In this document: positions 49,957 to 59,817 of the stretch, one piece after another
Layout of the letters: the number at the start of each line of letters is the position of its first letter
Position numbering within the stretch: position 1 is the stretch's first letter
Source of the DNA: Candidatus Ryanbacteria bacterium CG10_big_fil_rev_8_21_14_0_10_43_42
GTDB taxonomy: Bacteria; Patescibacteriota; Minisyncoccia; Ryanbacterales; 2-02-FULL-48-12
DNA length: 64,000 nt
Assembly: GCA_002793915.1 (NCBI GenBank)
Contig: PFEF01000006.1
Coordinates: 97,368-161,367 of the forward strand
Reading direction: 5' to 3'
The notes under the pieces: model-generated
What the model was told of the DNA's origin: nothing
Seen by the model: the letters and a program-made list of their open reading frames with translations, nothing else
Database searches by the model: none
Program-made: the position numbers and the translations under genes

Positions 49957-51174
49957 ATGACACCTGATACCATGCGCCGCATTGATTATTGGGTGGGGAT
50001 CCCGCTCTGTTTTCTGGTAACGATATGGTATCGTGTCCTTCGGTTTTTGGGGTTAAAAAATCCGCAGTATGACAATAATCCTAAGCGCATACTGTTCATA
50101 GAATTAGCGGAAATGGGAAGTACGATTATCGCATATCCGGCAATGCGAAAGGCGCAGGAGTTGTACCCCGATGCAACATTTTATTTTCTTCTATTTAAGC
50201 AGAATAAAGCTACGATGCAGGTACTGGATGTGGTAGACGCGGAACATACGCTCATAATAGATGCTTCCGATATAATTTCTTTTATACGCGACACGCTTCG
50301 TATTCTTATTATTTGCCGTAAACGGAAGATCGACACGGTTATTAATCTTGAAATGTTTGTCCGCTACAGTACCCTTCTTTCATATTTTTCGGGGGCGCGG
50401 AAGCGAGTTGGATTTTTCCGGTATTTTAATGAAGGGATGTATATCGGGAATTTTTTAACACATAAAGTGCCGTATAATAATCACATTCATACAGCACATT
50501 CGTACATAGCGCTTGTACGTGCACTTACAGAATCGTCGAGCGATATTCCTTTAAGTAAATTTTCCATAGCGGAGGATGATATTTCTTTACCGGTACGACA
50601 CCCCGATACAAAAGCAAAGGATCGCGTATGGGAAATTTTAATGGGGATTAATCCGCGTGTTAGTAAAACTGACCGACTTATTGTCATCAATCCAAATGCA
50701 AGTAAGTTGGTGAAAATGAGAAAGTGGCCGCTTGAGAATTATGCGGCATTGGCAAAAAAATTATCGGCGGAAAATGGTGTGTTTATTGTTATAACCGGCG
50801 TGGAGGAAGAACGGGAAGAAGCGGAATATATTGCAAAAGCTGTGGGGGTGGAGCGCGCCATAAATGTTGCCGGTAAAACATCTCTCACCGAACTCATCGA
50901 TCTTTTTTCGCTATCACACGCACTTATTACAAATGACTCCGGTCCGGCGCATTTTGCATCTCTTACCGACACTCCTTTATTTGTCTTTTTTGGTCCGGAA
51001 ACGCCTGCTCTCTATAGGCCACTTTCTCAAAACTGTACCGTGCTATATTCACGGTTTGCTTGTAGTCCCTGCGTATCGGTGCAAAATCAGCGTCGGACAC
51101 CGTGCACACTTAATGCATGTCTTCAAAGTATTGAAGTAGAGGGGGTATTTCGGAAAGTATTGGAGGGAATATAG
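49957..51174 (+). CDS. glycosyltransferase family 9 (heptosyltransferase-like)
   Basis: The C-terminal ITNDSGPAHFASLTDTPLFVFFGPETP pattern matches the GT9 signature. Divergently adjacent to the GT39 gene. Confidence 0.65.
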   Translation: MTPDTMRRIDYWVGIPLCFLVTIWYRVLRFLGLKNPQYDNNPKRILFIELAEMGSTIIAYPAMRKAQELYPDATFYFLLFKQNKATMQVLDVVDAEHTLIIDASDIISFIRDTLRILIICRKRKIDTVINLEMFVRYSTLLSYFSGARKRVGFFRYFNEGMYIGNFLTHKVPYNNHIHTAHSYIALVRALTESSSDIPLSKFSIAEDDISLPVRHPDTKAKDRVWEILMGINPRVSKTDRLIVINPNASKLVKMRKWPLENYAALAKKLSAENGVFIVITGVEEEREEAEYIAKAVGVERAINVAGKTSLTELIDLFSLSHALITNDSGPAHFASLTDTPLFVFFGPETPALYRPLSQNCTVLYSRFACSPCVSVQNQRRTPCTLNACLQSIEVEGVFRKVLEGI

Positions 51175-51245
51175 AGCCAAAAAACCGTTATTTTATAGGG
51201 GTAAAATGACTACTTTCTGAATATGTATAAGGCGCTCTGCTTGTA

Positions 51246-51274
51246 TTGACTTTTATACCCTTTTTGTGTATAAT
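51246..51274 (+). promoter_or_regulatory. canonical sigma70 promoter (TTGACT, 17 nt spacer, TATAAT) upstream of the LysM/RlpA gene
   Basis: Exact consensus hexamers. Confidence 0.4.
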
Positions 51275-51346
51275 GCTCCCATCGATGAATATGGCGTTTG
51301 GAAGAATAGGAGACAGATTTTCTCCTATGTCTGCGAATAGGATTCG

Positions 51347-52060
51347 GTGTCTATGAACGAAAACAAAACAATTTTACGTAATTGTAGGGGTACGTGTATT
51401 ACATATAGTAAACAGTCGCAATTCTCGAGAAAGGTACTCGCTGGATTTTTCGGAGTATCCACATTTTTACAAAATATTCTTTTACCTGTTCCGGCACCGG
51501 AGGATCTTCAAAAAGAAATAGAAAACGTTGTTGCTTATATTGAATCAAGTACGCCTAAACCCATAGGAGAGCATTACACTATTGTAGAGTCATTTGATTA
51601 TACGGTAGAGGATGGTGATAATATTCATAGCATTGCGCGTGATCTTAAAAAGGAAAACATATGGGTAACACCAAAGCAGATTATTGAATGGAATAATCTG
51701 AATGGACCGCGGTATTATCTGGATCCGGGACGAATTATCAAAATCAATAAACTTTCATGGGACAAGCAGATCGTAGAGGCGTCATGGTACGGACCCGGAT
51801 TTCAAGGGCGTCCCATGGCAAATACGAAGATTTTTGATCAGAATGATATAGTTGCGGCGCATATGCACTTACCTCTTAATATGAAGGTGCGGGTAACTAA
51901 TTTGGAAAACGGAAAATCTCTCGTCATTCCCATTACTGATCGTGGTAATTTTGAAAAATATAATCGCGGTATTGATCTTTCAAAGCAGGCGGCCAAGGAA
52001 CTTGGGTATCAGGGTGCCGGCGTAACACAGGTGCTGATAGAACCGTTGCATACGCTGTAG
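51347..52060 (+). CDS. LysM domain plus RlpA-like (DPBB) domain protein
   Basis: LysM (VEDGDNIHSIARDL...WNNL) followed by ASWYGPGFQG...VRVTNLENGKSLVIPITDRG. Confidence 0.7.
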   Translation: MSMNENKTILRNCRGTCITYSKQSQFSRKVLAGFFGVSTFLQNILLPVPAPEDLQKEIENVVAYIESSTPKPIGEHYTIVESFDYTVEDGDNIHSIARDLKKENIWVTPKQIIEWNNLNGPRYYLDPGRIIKINKLSWDKQIVEASWYGPGFQGRPMANTKIFDQNDIVAAHMHLPLNMKVRVTNLENGKSLVIPITDRGNFEKYNRGIDLSKQAAKELGYQGAGVTQVLIEPLHTL

Positions 52061-52096
52061 TATATACGGTAGTATATGTGAAGAGCAGAAAGCTGA

Positions 52097-52137
52097 AATG
52101 GGTTTTTGTGTAAAAACAAAAATCGCTTTCAGCTTTT
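52097..52137 (+). terminator. nested hairpin terminator (aagctgaaa ... tttcagctt followed by tttttg)
   Basis: Read directly in the sequence. Confidence 0.35.
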
Positions 52138-52176
52138 TTGCTGAAATATAGTTCTTTGAAGGAAAGGAAGTACGGA

Positions 52177-52584
52177 ATGGTGAAGGTCCTTGGGATAATG
52201 GCAGTGGTTATTATTGCGTATGTGATGTGTGTCGTAGAGGTTGGTGCGCGCGTGAAGGGTATGTTTATAGCAACAACATACCGACAGCAAAAAATTGCTT
52301 CTTGGTACGGTCCGGGCTTTTGGGGGAAGCGTACTGCGTGCGGTAATATTTACACAGGCCGGCAATTAACCGCCGCGCATATGGATTTGGGAGATAAATT
52401 TCCGTGTGGAACGCGCATACGCGTAACCAATCTGCGTAATGGAAAAAGTGCCGTTCTTACCATCGACGACACGGGAAACTTTGCTCGATATGGGAGAGTT
52501 TTGGACGTTTCCTATGCCGCCGCAAAAAAATTGGGCTTTTTAACTCAAGGAACGGCTCCCGTACAAATTAATGTCCTTCCTTAA
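52177..52584 (+). CDS. RlpA-like lytic transglycosylase-family protein (second copy)
   Basis: ASWYGPGFWGKRTACG...IRVTNLRNGKSAVLTIDDTG. The ORF track starts at 52138; the ATG at 52177 precedes the signal-like helix. Confidence 0.65.
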   Translation: MVKVLGIMAVVIIAYVMCVVEVGARVKGMFIATTYRQQKIASWYGPGFWGKRTACGNIYTGRQLTAAHMDLGDKFPCGTRIRVTNLRNGKSAVLTIDDTGNFARYGRVLDVSYAAAKKLGFLTQGTAPVQINVLP

Positions 52585-52648
52585 ACTCTTTTGCCTCTTA
52601 CATTTTAAGGTAAGGGGTTCTTTTTTTACGTGGACTCTGTGGTATAAT

Positions 52649-53125
52649 AGATGCATGAAATTAAAAGAAGGAAAAAAGGCGCCTGCCATAAAACTTCCCG
52701 ATCAAAACGGGAACATATGCCGTTTAGCGGATTACAAAGGCGTATGGGTGCTTGTTTATTTCTATCCAAAGGATGATACGCCCGGATGTACCGTGCAGGC
52801 GTGCGGAATTAGAGACAATTACGCCGCCTTTAAAAAAGCAAAAATTACAGTTTTTGGTATTAGTAAAGACCCCGTAAAAAAACATAAAAAGTTTGAAGAA
52901 AAATATAATCTTCCCTTTACGCTCCTTTCAGATGAAGGATTGACTGTTCTTAAGGCGTATGATGTGTGGGGAACAAAAAAATTCATGGGACGTGAGTATA
53001 TGGGTATTTCCCGTACGTCATTTCTCATAGACCCGGAAGGCAATATTGCGAAAATATATGAAAATGTAAAACCTAATGAGCATGCGGATATGATCCTTAA
53101 AGATGTAAAAATGCTTCGGACATAA
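52649..53125 (+). CDS. bcp: peroxiredoxin, Bcp-type
   Basis: FYPKDDTPGCTVQAC active-site motif. The ORF track starts at 52571; the ATG at 52649 fits the family. Confidence 0.8.
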   Translation, partial: RCMKLKEGKKAPAIKLPDQNGNICRLADYKGVWVLVYFYPKDDTPGCTVQACGIRDNYAAFKKAKITVFGISKDPVKKHKKFEEKYNLPFTLLSDEGLTVLKAYDVWGTKKFMGREYMGISRTSFLIDPEGNIAKIYENVKPNEHADMILKDVKMLRT

Positions 53126-53151
53126 ATCTTTATTTTTAATTTTCAAAAAAC

Positions 53152-53424
53152 ATGGGAATCTTTTTTACCGGTAAAAAGAAAATAACACGCGAAGAATTTC
53201 GTGATTCACTAAATGCACTTCGTCACGAGAGACTTAACGATTCGGATATTAATGATCTTAAAAATATTTTTAGCGGTTCTCTTAATGAAAAACATGATGA
53301 TAAGGGAATTGACGGAGATGAGTTGAAAAAAACCATCGAACTGCTGAAAAAGAATAAGGGAACGCATAATCTCTCAAAAGCACAAATAGAAAAAGCTGAA
53401 AAAAATCTCAAAAAGCGTCTGTAA
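53152..53424 (+). CDS. hypothetical small charged protein
   Basis: 90 aa, K/E-rich. No family recognised. Confidence 0.3.
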   Translation: MGIFFTGKKKITREEFRDSLNALRHERLNDSDINDLKNIFSGSLNEKHDDKGIDGDELKKTIELLKKNKGTHNLSKAQIEKAEKNLKKRL

Positions 53425-53488
53425 CTTACGTGTCGCGTAAGAGTGGTTTTAAATTGCCTTTACGGCTCATTTATAATACAATGTCGCC

Positions 53489-54121
53489 ATGAATATAAAA
53501 AAGACAGCCGTACTGATAATCGTTTTTATAGCCATTGCGGTAACGGGTGCGTTGGTATTTAGGTCGGAATATCAACCTATCAATGTTCCAGACGAACCCA
53601 TAATTAGCGAAGAAGACAAGTACGAAGAACTTACATTTCCGGACAATACCCTTGATACGTCGGATTGGGAGATGTACCGCAATGAAGAATTCGGGTTTGA
53701 GATTCGGTATCCGAGAGGGTGGAAGATAAATGCACCTTTGATACACCGTGGTACAGCAGTAAGTAGTTTTTCTGAAAGTGGATATGGGGGCGAATTGCGG
53801 TTTTTCCCTGATGGTATTCCAAGTTCCGATTACTTGGTATTTATGCGTGTTCGGAATATTTCGCTCGAAAATCAAATTGAGAATGTAGAAAACAGCGAAA
53901 TGTTTCCAATGGCTGGTGTAAAAGAATATATAAAAGTGAATAACACTGTTGGTATTGAAACAAAAGATTTTGAAGGCCCAGGATTTTATGTGTATGAAAG
54001 GTACATTTTAGAAGGGCAAAATAACATAACTTACGAATTTGGTGAACTTAACGAGCCGAACGCAGATAAATATAAATCAGAAATGGAGCAAATGCTCCTT
54101 TCGTTCAAACTCATCAAGTAA
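53489..54121 (+). CDS. secreted/membrane-anchored hypothetical protein, paralog A
   Basis: An N-terminal transmembrane/signal helix, then a shared motif block (EELTFPDNTLDTSDWE, FEIRYPRGWKI, ...LLSFKLIK) with the gene at 54365. Confidence 0.45.
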   Translation: MNIKKTAVLIIVFIAIAVTGALVFRSEYQPINVPDEPIISEEDKYEELTFPDNTLDTSDWEMYRNEEFGFEIRYPRGWKINAPLIHRGTAVSSFSESGYGGELRFFPDGIPSSDYLVFMRVRNISLENQIENVENSEMFPMAGVKEYIKVNNTVGIETKDFEGPGFYVYERYILEGQNNITYEFGELNEPNADKYKSEMEQMLLSFKLIK

Positions 54122-54167
54122 TCCATAGAAATTACTTATTGCAAAAAAATGATAGTATACTATCATC

Positions 54168-54203
54168 GCAAGGTCGGTTAATTGGTAACCGACCTTGTTC
54201 TTT
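54168..54203 (+). repeat. terminator hairpin repeat, copy 1 (ggtcggttaa-ttgg-ttaaccgacc followed by ttgttcttt); copy 2 is at 55100..55135
   Basis: A roughly 35 nt segment repeated identically after each of the two paralogous genes. Confidence 0.5.
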
Positions 54204-54223
54204 ATGTCGCACGCCTTATTTAG

Positions 54224-54343
54224 ATAGAAGTGCATCACGGAACCATTCGCGCCGAACCGGGAGGTGCTGATAGGGGGAGCGCGTTTATTATCGAACTGCC
54301 GTTGGAGGGTATTGAGAAAAATAAAAAAGGTGTTATGGTGTAA
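54224..54343 (+). pseudogene. 3' remnant of a histidine kinase gene (HATPase_c C-terminus only)
   Basis: Translates to IEVHHGTIRAEPGGADRGSAFIIELPLEGIEKNKK*, matching the HK terminal motif HGGxIxxES..GxGSxFxxxLP. It is preceded by in-frame stops and has no upstream kinase sequence. Confidence 0.45.
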
Positions 54344-54364
54344 AGATTATATTCAAGTACATTT

Positions 54365-55054
54365 TTGATACTATACATGCACTGGAACAAAAAATATATA
54401 ATTATACTAATCATAGTCACCATTACTTTAGCGGGGACGCTGTTTTTGAAATCGGAAAACGGGCTTATGCCAGAGGATTCAATGGAAGAACCGGTAAATG
54501 GAATAATGCCTAAAGACAGAATGGAGAAACCGCCCGCCACTACCCCGGATAGTACATACGAGGAACTTGCATTTCCGGATAACACGCTTGATACGTCAGA
54601 TTGGGAGACGTATAAGCCAAGCAGTTTTGATAATAATATCGCATTTGAAATAAGATATCCAAGAAACTGGAAAATCCAATCTCATGGGGAAAAACAGGCC
54701 GGACCAAATGCAACTATGGTTCTTTACGATAAGAGAATAGGTCACGGAGCCGATAACGGTATCTACATGGTAGTAGAAATAATACCTATTGAGCAATACG
54801 TTAGTGAAAGCACGAAATCTTCAGAATATAGAAAAATTAAGGCAGGTACTGTTTATGGGTACGCGCTTTCCGATGAAGCCCAAAAGAACTTTTCAGCATC
54901 AAGTGCATTATCAGATGTAATATTTGGAAACACGAAAGGGAATAGGACGTATACGTTTCGTATAATTGGACCAGATCTGAAAAATCCTTCTGATCCCGAT
55001 TATTATTTAGATGTTCTAGAACAAATCCTTCTCTCTTTCAAGCTTACTCCGTAG
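54365..55054 (+). CDS. secreted/membrane-anchored hypothetical protein, paralog B
   Basis: Same architecture and motif blocks as 53489..54121 (EELAFPDNTLDTSDWE, FEIRYPRNWKI, ...LLSFKLTP). Confidence 0.45.
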   Translation: MILYMHWNKKYIIILIIVTITLAGTLFLKSENGLMPEDSMEEPVNGIMPKDRMEKPPATTPDSTYEELAFPDNTLDTSDWETYKPSSFDNNIAFEIRYPRNWKIQSHGEKQAGPNATMVLYDKRIGHGADNGIYMVVEIIPIEQYVSESTKSSEYRKIKAGTVYGYALSDEAQKNFSASSALSDVIFGNTKGNRTYTFRIIGPDLKNPSDPDYYLDVLEQILLSFKLTP

Positions 55055-55099
55055 ATTCCGGAGGATATTGCAAAGAGGGTATTAATTTAGTAAAATATT

Positions 55100-55135
55100 A
55101 CGGTCGGTTAATTGGTAACCGACCTTGTTCTTTCA
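55100..55135 (+). repeat. terminator hairpin repeat, copy 2
   Basis: acggtcggttaattggtaaccgaccttgttcttt, identical to 54168..54203. Confidence 0.5.
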
Positions 55136-55155
55136 CAACTAGAGGAGGGTAAATG

Positions 55156-56380
55156 TATGAAGATTAGATTGTTCTTGACTGGCACGGTTTTTATCGGTGC
55201 GTTTATTGGATCTGTATACGCAGGATCAATTAATCCTGTAAGTTCTCCGACTGGGACGTTTGATGTACCGCAAGATGAGGATTATTCAGGACCATATTGT
55301 AGTCAGAGTGGATTTAAACTGGATTACGATCAGTACCATATGCAATGGAATGGTATTATCAGTAAATACCATATGGGCGAAGATTGGAACGGAATGTGTG
55401 GTGACGACACGGATGAGGGTTACCCCCTACGAGCAATTGCATTCGGAAAAGTTGTGTATGTGGATGACACGGGCAATTCCACAAAAGGCAAACAGCTTCA
55501 CATTCGGTATTCTTTTCCGTATGCACTGGCACCGAATGATGTGCAAACATTTGATAGCGTGTATTTACACATTACCGGGATTAATCCGAGTGAAGTTTCT
55601 TTTTCCGGATCGGGTACGGGAAGTTTTGTTTCGAAAGGGGATGTTGTCGCATATCTTGGTGGAACTGGTGGGACAGTGGGATGGCCTGCGCATCTTCATT
55701 GGGAGGCATTGTGGGATGATAGTATTTCGCTTACCGAAAATACCTACCAAAATCCACTCACGGTGGATCACGCATTAAAATATCGTGCTCCATCGCTGAT
55801 TGTTGATGATCGGCGCGATATCGTCGGCCATAGCACTCCTGCTCCGGGTAACTGGTATACATTCACCATGCAGGGTAATGCGCCATCATCTACAATGTAC
55901 ATTTGGCATAATGGAGAGCGCAAGAGTTTGAGAAATGCCATTGCGGCTGGATGGATACCGTCAAAGCCCATTCTCCATGAGAGGGATGGAACATGGTACT
56001 ATTACATTGATGTCGACAATAACTTCTTTGAAAACGGTAAAAGGTATGCCATTAAAACACTTATTTCCGGCCCTGTTTTCTACATCCTTATTCCGGGAAA
56101 CGGCTTTACGGAAGACCGTGCCCGACTTGATATGCTTCATGCAGTGGAGAATGATAATGGATACGATTCGGTAAAAACGGAGACGTATAGTGTTGATTAT
56201 AACTGGATGAGTAGTTTTGAGCTTTATCAAATGGAGTTTAAATTATCAAATGGCGATACCGCATATGTATATCAAGCGACAAGCAAGACTAACCCACTAA
56301 TCCGGTATACCAGCCATTATGACACCAGTAGCAGTACCTATTCCGGATGGGTACCGGTGAATTGGAACCGAATGTACTAA
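55156..56380 (+). CDS. secreted M23-family metallopeptidase-like protein with a C-terminal extension
   Basis: Signal peptide from the ATG at 55156, then HMGED (HxxxD) and HLHWE (HxH) motifs. The ORF track starts at 55112. Confidence 0.55.
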
Positions 56381-56661
56381 TGTGTCTACTTTTTAACCTG
56401 TTGTTATATAATCAAATCTTTTAGCTTTCTTGTATTTAGGAAGGCTTTTTATTTTAACGAAGTCCGTATAAAAAAATTTATATAATGGGACATAAGTTTG
56501 AGCTTAGGGTGGGAATTCTTTAATCGCATGTCACTGAATGAAGTGTGAAGTAGATTGGATTCTGATTAAAGCAACTAATTCCTCTAATTGTTTCTTAGTA
56601 GTATCAGGAGTAGGTAGCGTTTCTTATCGTACAAAAGTTCAAAAACTACTCTGTAAAATTA

Positions 56662-56690
56662 TTGACATATAATATATTTTATATTATAAT
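56662..56690 (+). promoter_or_regulatory. canonical sigma70 promoter (TTGACA, 17 nt spacer, TATAAT) abutting the start codon, implying a leaderless transcript
   Basis: The -10 hexamer ends at 56690, and ATG codons lie at 56691 and 56697. Confidence 0.4.
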
Positions 56691-57746
56691 ATGACCATGA
56701 AATATCTCACGGTCATATGTTCGGTAGGAATACTTTTTTTCATTTTTTCTTTTGTTTTTACGGCATATGCCGAATCTGCAAGCCTTTCTCATAGGGGAGA
56801 ACCGGTGGTTTTTAGTGATGTCGGAACACGAAACGAACAAAACGTAACCATGCGGGGAATGGTGCGTCCGGAGGGGAAATCCACCATTGCGTGGTTTGAG
56901 TGGGGATTATCTCCCGATAGTCTTCCCAATGCAACGCCCGGCATATCCCTGGACGCGGCTTCTTCGTGGCAGGGTTATTCTTATAATATTACCTCAATTA
57001 TTATCCCCGTTTATTATCGGTCCGTTGCTTATAATGAAAATGGTATTTCTCGCGGCGGTATAGTAACAACCGACTATGGATATGTACTGTCGGAAGAAAA
57101 AGATGAGGTATTTATTCAACCTGATAATAATCCGTGTGTGTGCGATTTTTCCGGCAGTGACATGCCCTTGGAGAAAGTGTCGGAATGGGATATAGAAAAA
57201 GATATACGTCTTTCCGGTAATTCCATTATTACGTATGCTATTCACGTTACAAATAAAGGACCAAAAGAACTGCATGATATTGTCATAACAGACACGCTTG
57301 CCTTTTCCGTGCCGCCTCCCATACTTTCCATATCGGATAAGGGTGTATATAGCAAAAAAGACAAGACTGTACTATGGACAATAAATCGCATGGAGTCGCA
57401 TGAAACGCGCATACTAATGTATGTAGTTGCGGTGGATGAACATGAGCCGTACGCCATTCTTGCGGGAGGACAAACAACATTAAAGCAAAACGACACATCG
57501 TTTAAGGTGTCTACCTCCACAATAAGTACATCCTCCGGAACATATGAATATATATACGAAGAGCAATCTACAGATTCCGGCATCGCAGGGAAACATATTT
57601 TATCCCCACCTTCTCGGAAGGCATCTTTCTTTTCCGGTTTTATCGGGATGGCGATTGGCGGTTTGGGTATTCTTCTTATATTTCTTCTTATTTCTTTGGG
57701 AGGAATTATAGCCTATGAAAAACGCTTGAATCGTTTGCGGGCGTAA
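56691..57746 (+). CDS. cell-surface protein with a DUF11-like repeat domain and a C-terminal transmembrane anchor
   Basis: Signal peptide, TYAIHVTNKGPKELHDIVITDTL (the DUF11 'TNxGP...VxDTL' pattern), and a C-terminal GGLGILLIFLLISLGGIIAY helix. Confidence 0.45.
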   Translation: MTMKYLTVICSVGILFFIFSFVFTAYAESASLSHRGEPVVFSDVGTRNEQNVTMRGMVRPEGKSTIAWFEWGLSPDSLPNATPGISLDAASSWQGYSYNITSIIIPVYYRSVAYNENGISRGGIVTTDYGYVLSEEKDEVFIQPDNNPCVCDFSGSDMPLEKVSEWDIEKDIRLSGNSIITYAIHVTNKGPKELHDIVITDTLAFSVPPPILSISDKGVYSKKDKTVLWTINRMESHETRILMYVVAVDEHEPYAILAGGQTTLKQNDTSFKVSTSTISTSSGTYEYIYEEQSTDSGIAGKHILSPPSRKASFFSGFIGMAIGGLGILLIFLLISLGGIIAYEKRLNRLRA

Positions 57747-57821
57747 AGGAGCTAAGGAATACGTAGAATAATAAGGGTTTTTCTTGCGTATATCCCCGCA
57801 GTATGGTAGAAAATAAGCATT

Positions 57822-58574
57822 ATGCATGAAATTTTTCTCAGTGCCGAACCTATTTTTTCTGTGGGAACTTTTTCCGTAACAAACGCTCTTATTCTTTCCG
57901 TGGTTGTGGTTCTTTTTTTGCTGATTGGCAGTATATTATTACAGAGGCGTATACGGCTTGTTCCGGGCGGATTTCAAAGCGTGGCGGAGATTGTTTACGA
58001 AGAGGGACTTTTTTTAATGGACTCCGTTTTGGGTGAGCGCCGTAAATCCGAAAAATATCTTCCGTTTGTTGCCACGATATTTCTTTTTATTCTTTTTTCC
58101 AACTGGTTTGGTATTTTGCCCGGCGTTGGTTCTATCGGGTTTTATGAAGAGGTCGCTTTGCATGGGGAGCATCATATGACATTTACTCCTTTATTACGCG
58201 CACCTTCCAGCGATCTTAATTTTACTCTTGCGCTTGCCATACTTACCGTTGTTATGGTGAATGTTTTTGGTATAGCGGCTATAGGAGTAAAAGCGCATAT
58301 CGGAAAGTTCCTTAACTTTAAAAGCCCCATAGGTTTTTTTATAGGGATACTTGAACTTATTTCAGAAATTGCTAGAATGATATCGTTTGCGTTTCGTCTT
58401 TTCGGAAACGTTTTTGCAGGCGAGGTATTGCTTGTCGTAATTGCTTTTTTAGTACCGCTTATAGCTCCGGTACCCTTTTTCTTTCTTGAAATTTTTGTGG
58501 GTTTTATTCAGGCGTTTGTATTTGCAATGCTTGCCTTGGTTTTTATTTCCATGGCGACGATAGAGCATCATTAG
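57822..58574 (+). CDS. atpB: ATP synthase F0 subunit a
   Basis: Polytopic membrane protein with the conserved R in LFGNVFAGE and position at the head of the atp operon. Confidence 0.85.
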   Translation: MHEIFLSAEPIFSVGTFSVTNALILSVVVVLFLLIGSILLQRRIRLVPGGFQSVAEIVYEEGLFLMDSVLGERRKSEKYLPFVATIFLFILFSNWFGILPGVGSIGFYEEVALHGEHHMTFTPLLRAPSSDLNFTLALAILTVVMVNVFGIAAIGVKAHIGKFLNFKSPIGFFIGILELISEIARMISFAFRLFGNVFAGEVLLVVIAFLVPLIAPVPFFFLEIFVGFIQAFVFAMLALVFISMATIEHH

Positions 58575-58613
58575 AACTTTCTCATGTGTCTTACTGTAAA
58601 GTCACATGAGTGA

Positions 58614-58901
<288 letters not shown>

Positions 58902-58911
58902 TAAGGACTTC

Positions 58912-59406
58912 ATGGAAGAATTTGTAAGACAATTTGGCATAGATGGCCGCTTTCTGTTAAGTCAGGTGGTAAACTTTGCTATTGTTCTTGCGGCACTGCG
59001 GTTTTTTGCCTTTAAGCCCCTGGCTCATATTCTTAAATCACGGCGGGAGCGTATTGAAGAAGGGCTTGCAAAAGCGGATGCCGCCGATAAGCGTATGGAG
59101 GATGTACAGCAGATGGCCAAGAATAAATTGCGGAAGGCTGAACAAGAGGCAATGGAGGTTCTACGTGCTGTTGATGTTCGCGCAAAAGAAACAGAGGAAG
59201 CTCTTTTGGAATCTTCTCGTAAAAAGGGAGAGGTACTTCTTCGCGAAGCTGTTCAATCTATAGAAGCCGAACGTCAAAAAACGCGGGGGGAAGTAGAAAA
59301 AGAGGCGCGTACGCTGGTGCGTGATGCTGTACTTGCCGTCGCGGACATATCTCCGGATAGTATTGACGAGGCGCTTATTGGAAAAGCGCTTCAGCGCATA
59401 AAATAA
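58912..59406 (+). CDS. atpF: ATP synthase F0 subunit b
   Basis: A single N-terminal transmembrane helix, then a long charged helix. The ORF track starts at 58876; the ATG at 58912 does not overlap atpE. Confidence 0.7.
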   Translation: MEEFVRQFGIDGRFLLSQVVNFAIVLAALRFFAFKPLAHILKSRRERIEEGLAKADAADKRMEDVQQMAKNKLRKAEQEAMEVLRAVDVRAKETEEALLESSRKKGEVLLREAVQSIEAERQKTRGEVEKEARTLVRDAVLAVADISPDSIDEALIGKALQRIK

Positions 59407-59408
59407 GC

Positions 59409-59786
59409 ATGAAATACGCCCCCGTATTATACGCACGCGCATTTGCATCTGCCATGGAGGAATATCCGAAAATGGCGCATGATCTTGTTAAAAATATGCT
59501 TACCGTACTTAAGCGTACGGGAGATATTTCTCATGCGGAACGTATTATATACGCTATCGAGCGCGAACTTACACGAAAAAACGGCGGACATGTTATTACG
59601 GTACAGACAGCGCGAACCGTATCCGACATTCTACAAAAGAAAATTACCGAATCATTTACAAAAGAAGATATAATAAAAGAGCAGATACGTCCTGAGTTGG
59701 GGGCGGGTATACGTGTTGTTGTGGATGATGAGAGAGAATACAATGCTTCACTGCAGTATAAATTAAAACGACTATTAGGCGTCTAG
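59409..59786 (+). CDS. atpH: ATP synthase delta (OSCP) subunit, short form
   Basis: Position between atpF and atpA and a helical OSCP-like N-terminus. Only 125 aa. Confidence 0.6.
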   Translation: MKYAPVLYARAFASAMEEYPKMAHDLVKNMLTVLKRTGDISHAERIIYAIERELTRKNGGHVITVQTARTVSDILQKKITESFTKEDIIKEQIRPELGAGIRVVVDDEREYNASLQYKLKRLLGV

Positions 59787-59817
59787 TGTTATAGACTCTG
59801 TATCTAAAATCTAAACA

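Noticed and set aside
54235-54585. 116 aa minus-strand ORF.
   Set aside because: It is antisense to the histidine-kinase remnant and to the start of paralog B, with low-complexity serine- and glycine-rich sequence.
55260-55778. 172 aa plus-strand ORF.
   Set aside because: It is an alternative frame within the M23 peptidase gene.
56381-56660. 280 nt gene-free spacer as a candidate ncRNA.
   Set aside because: It is A+T-rich and low-complexity, with no convincing stems or conserved motifs. It is more likely a promoter or UTR region.
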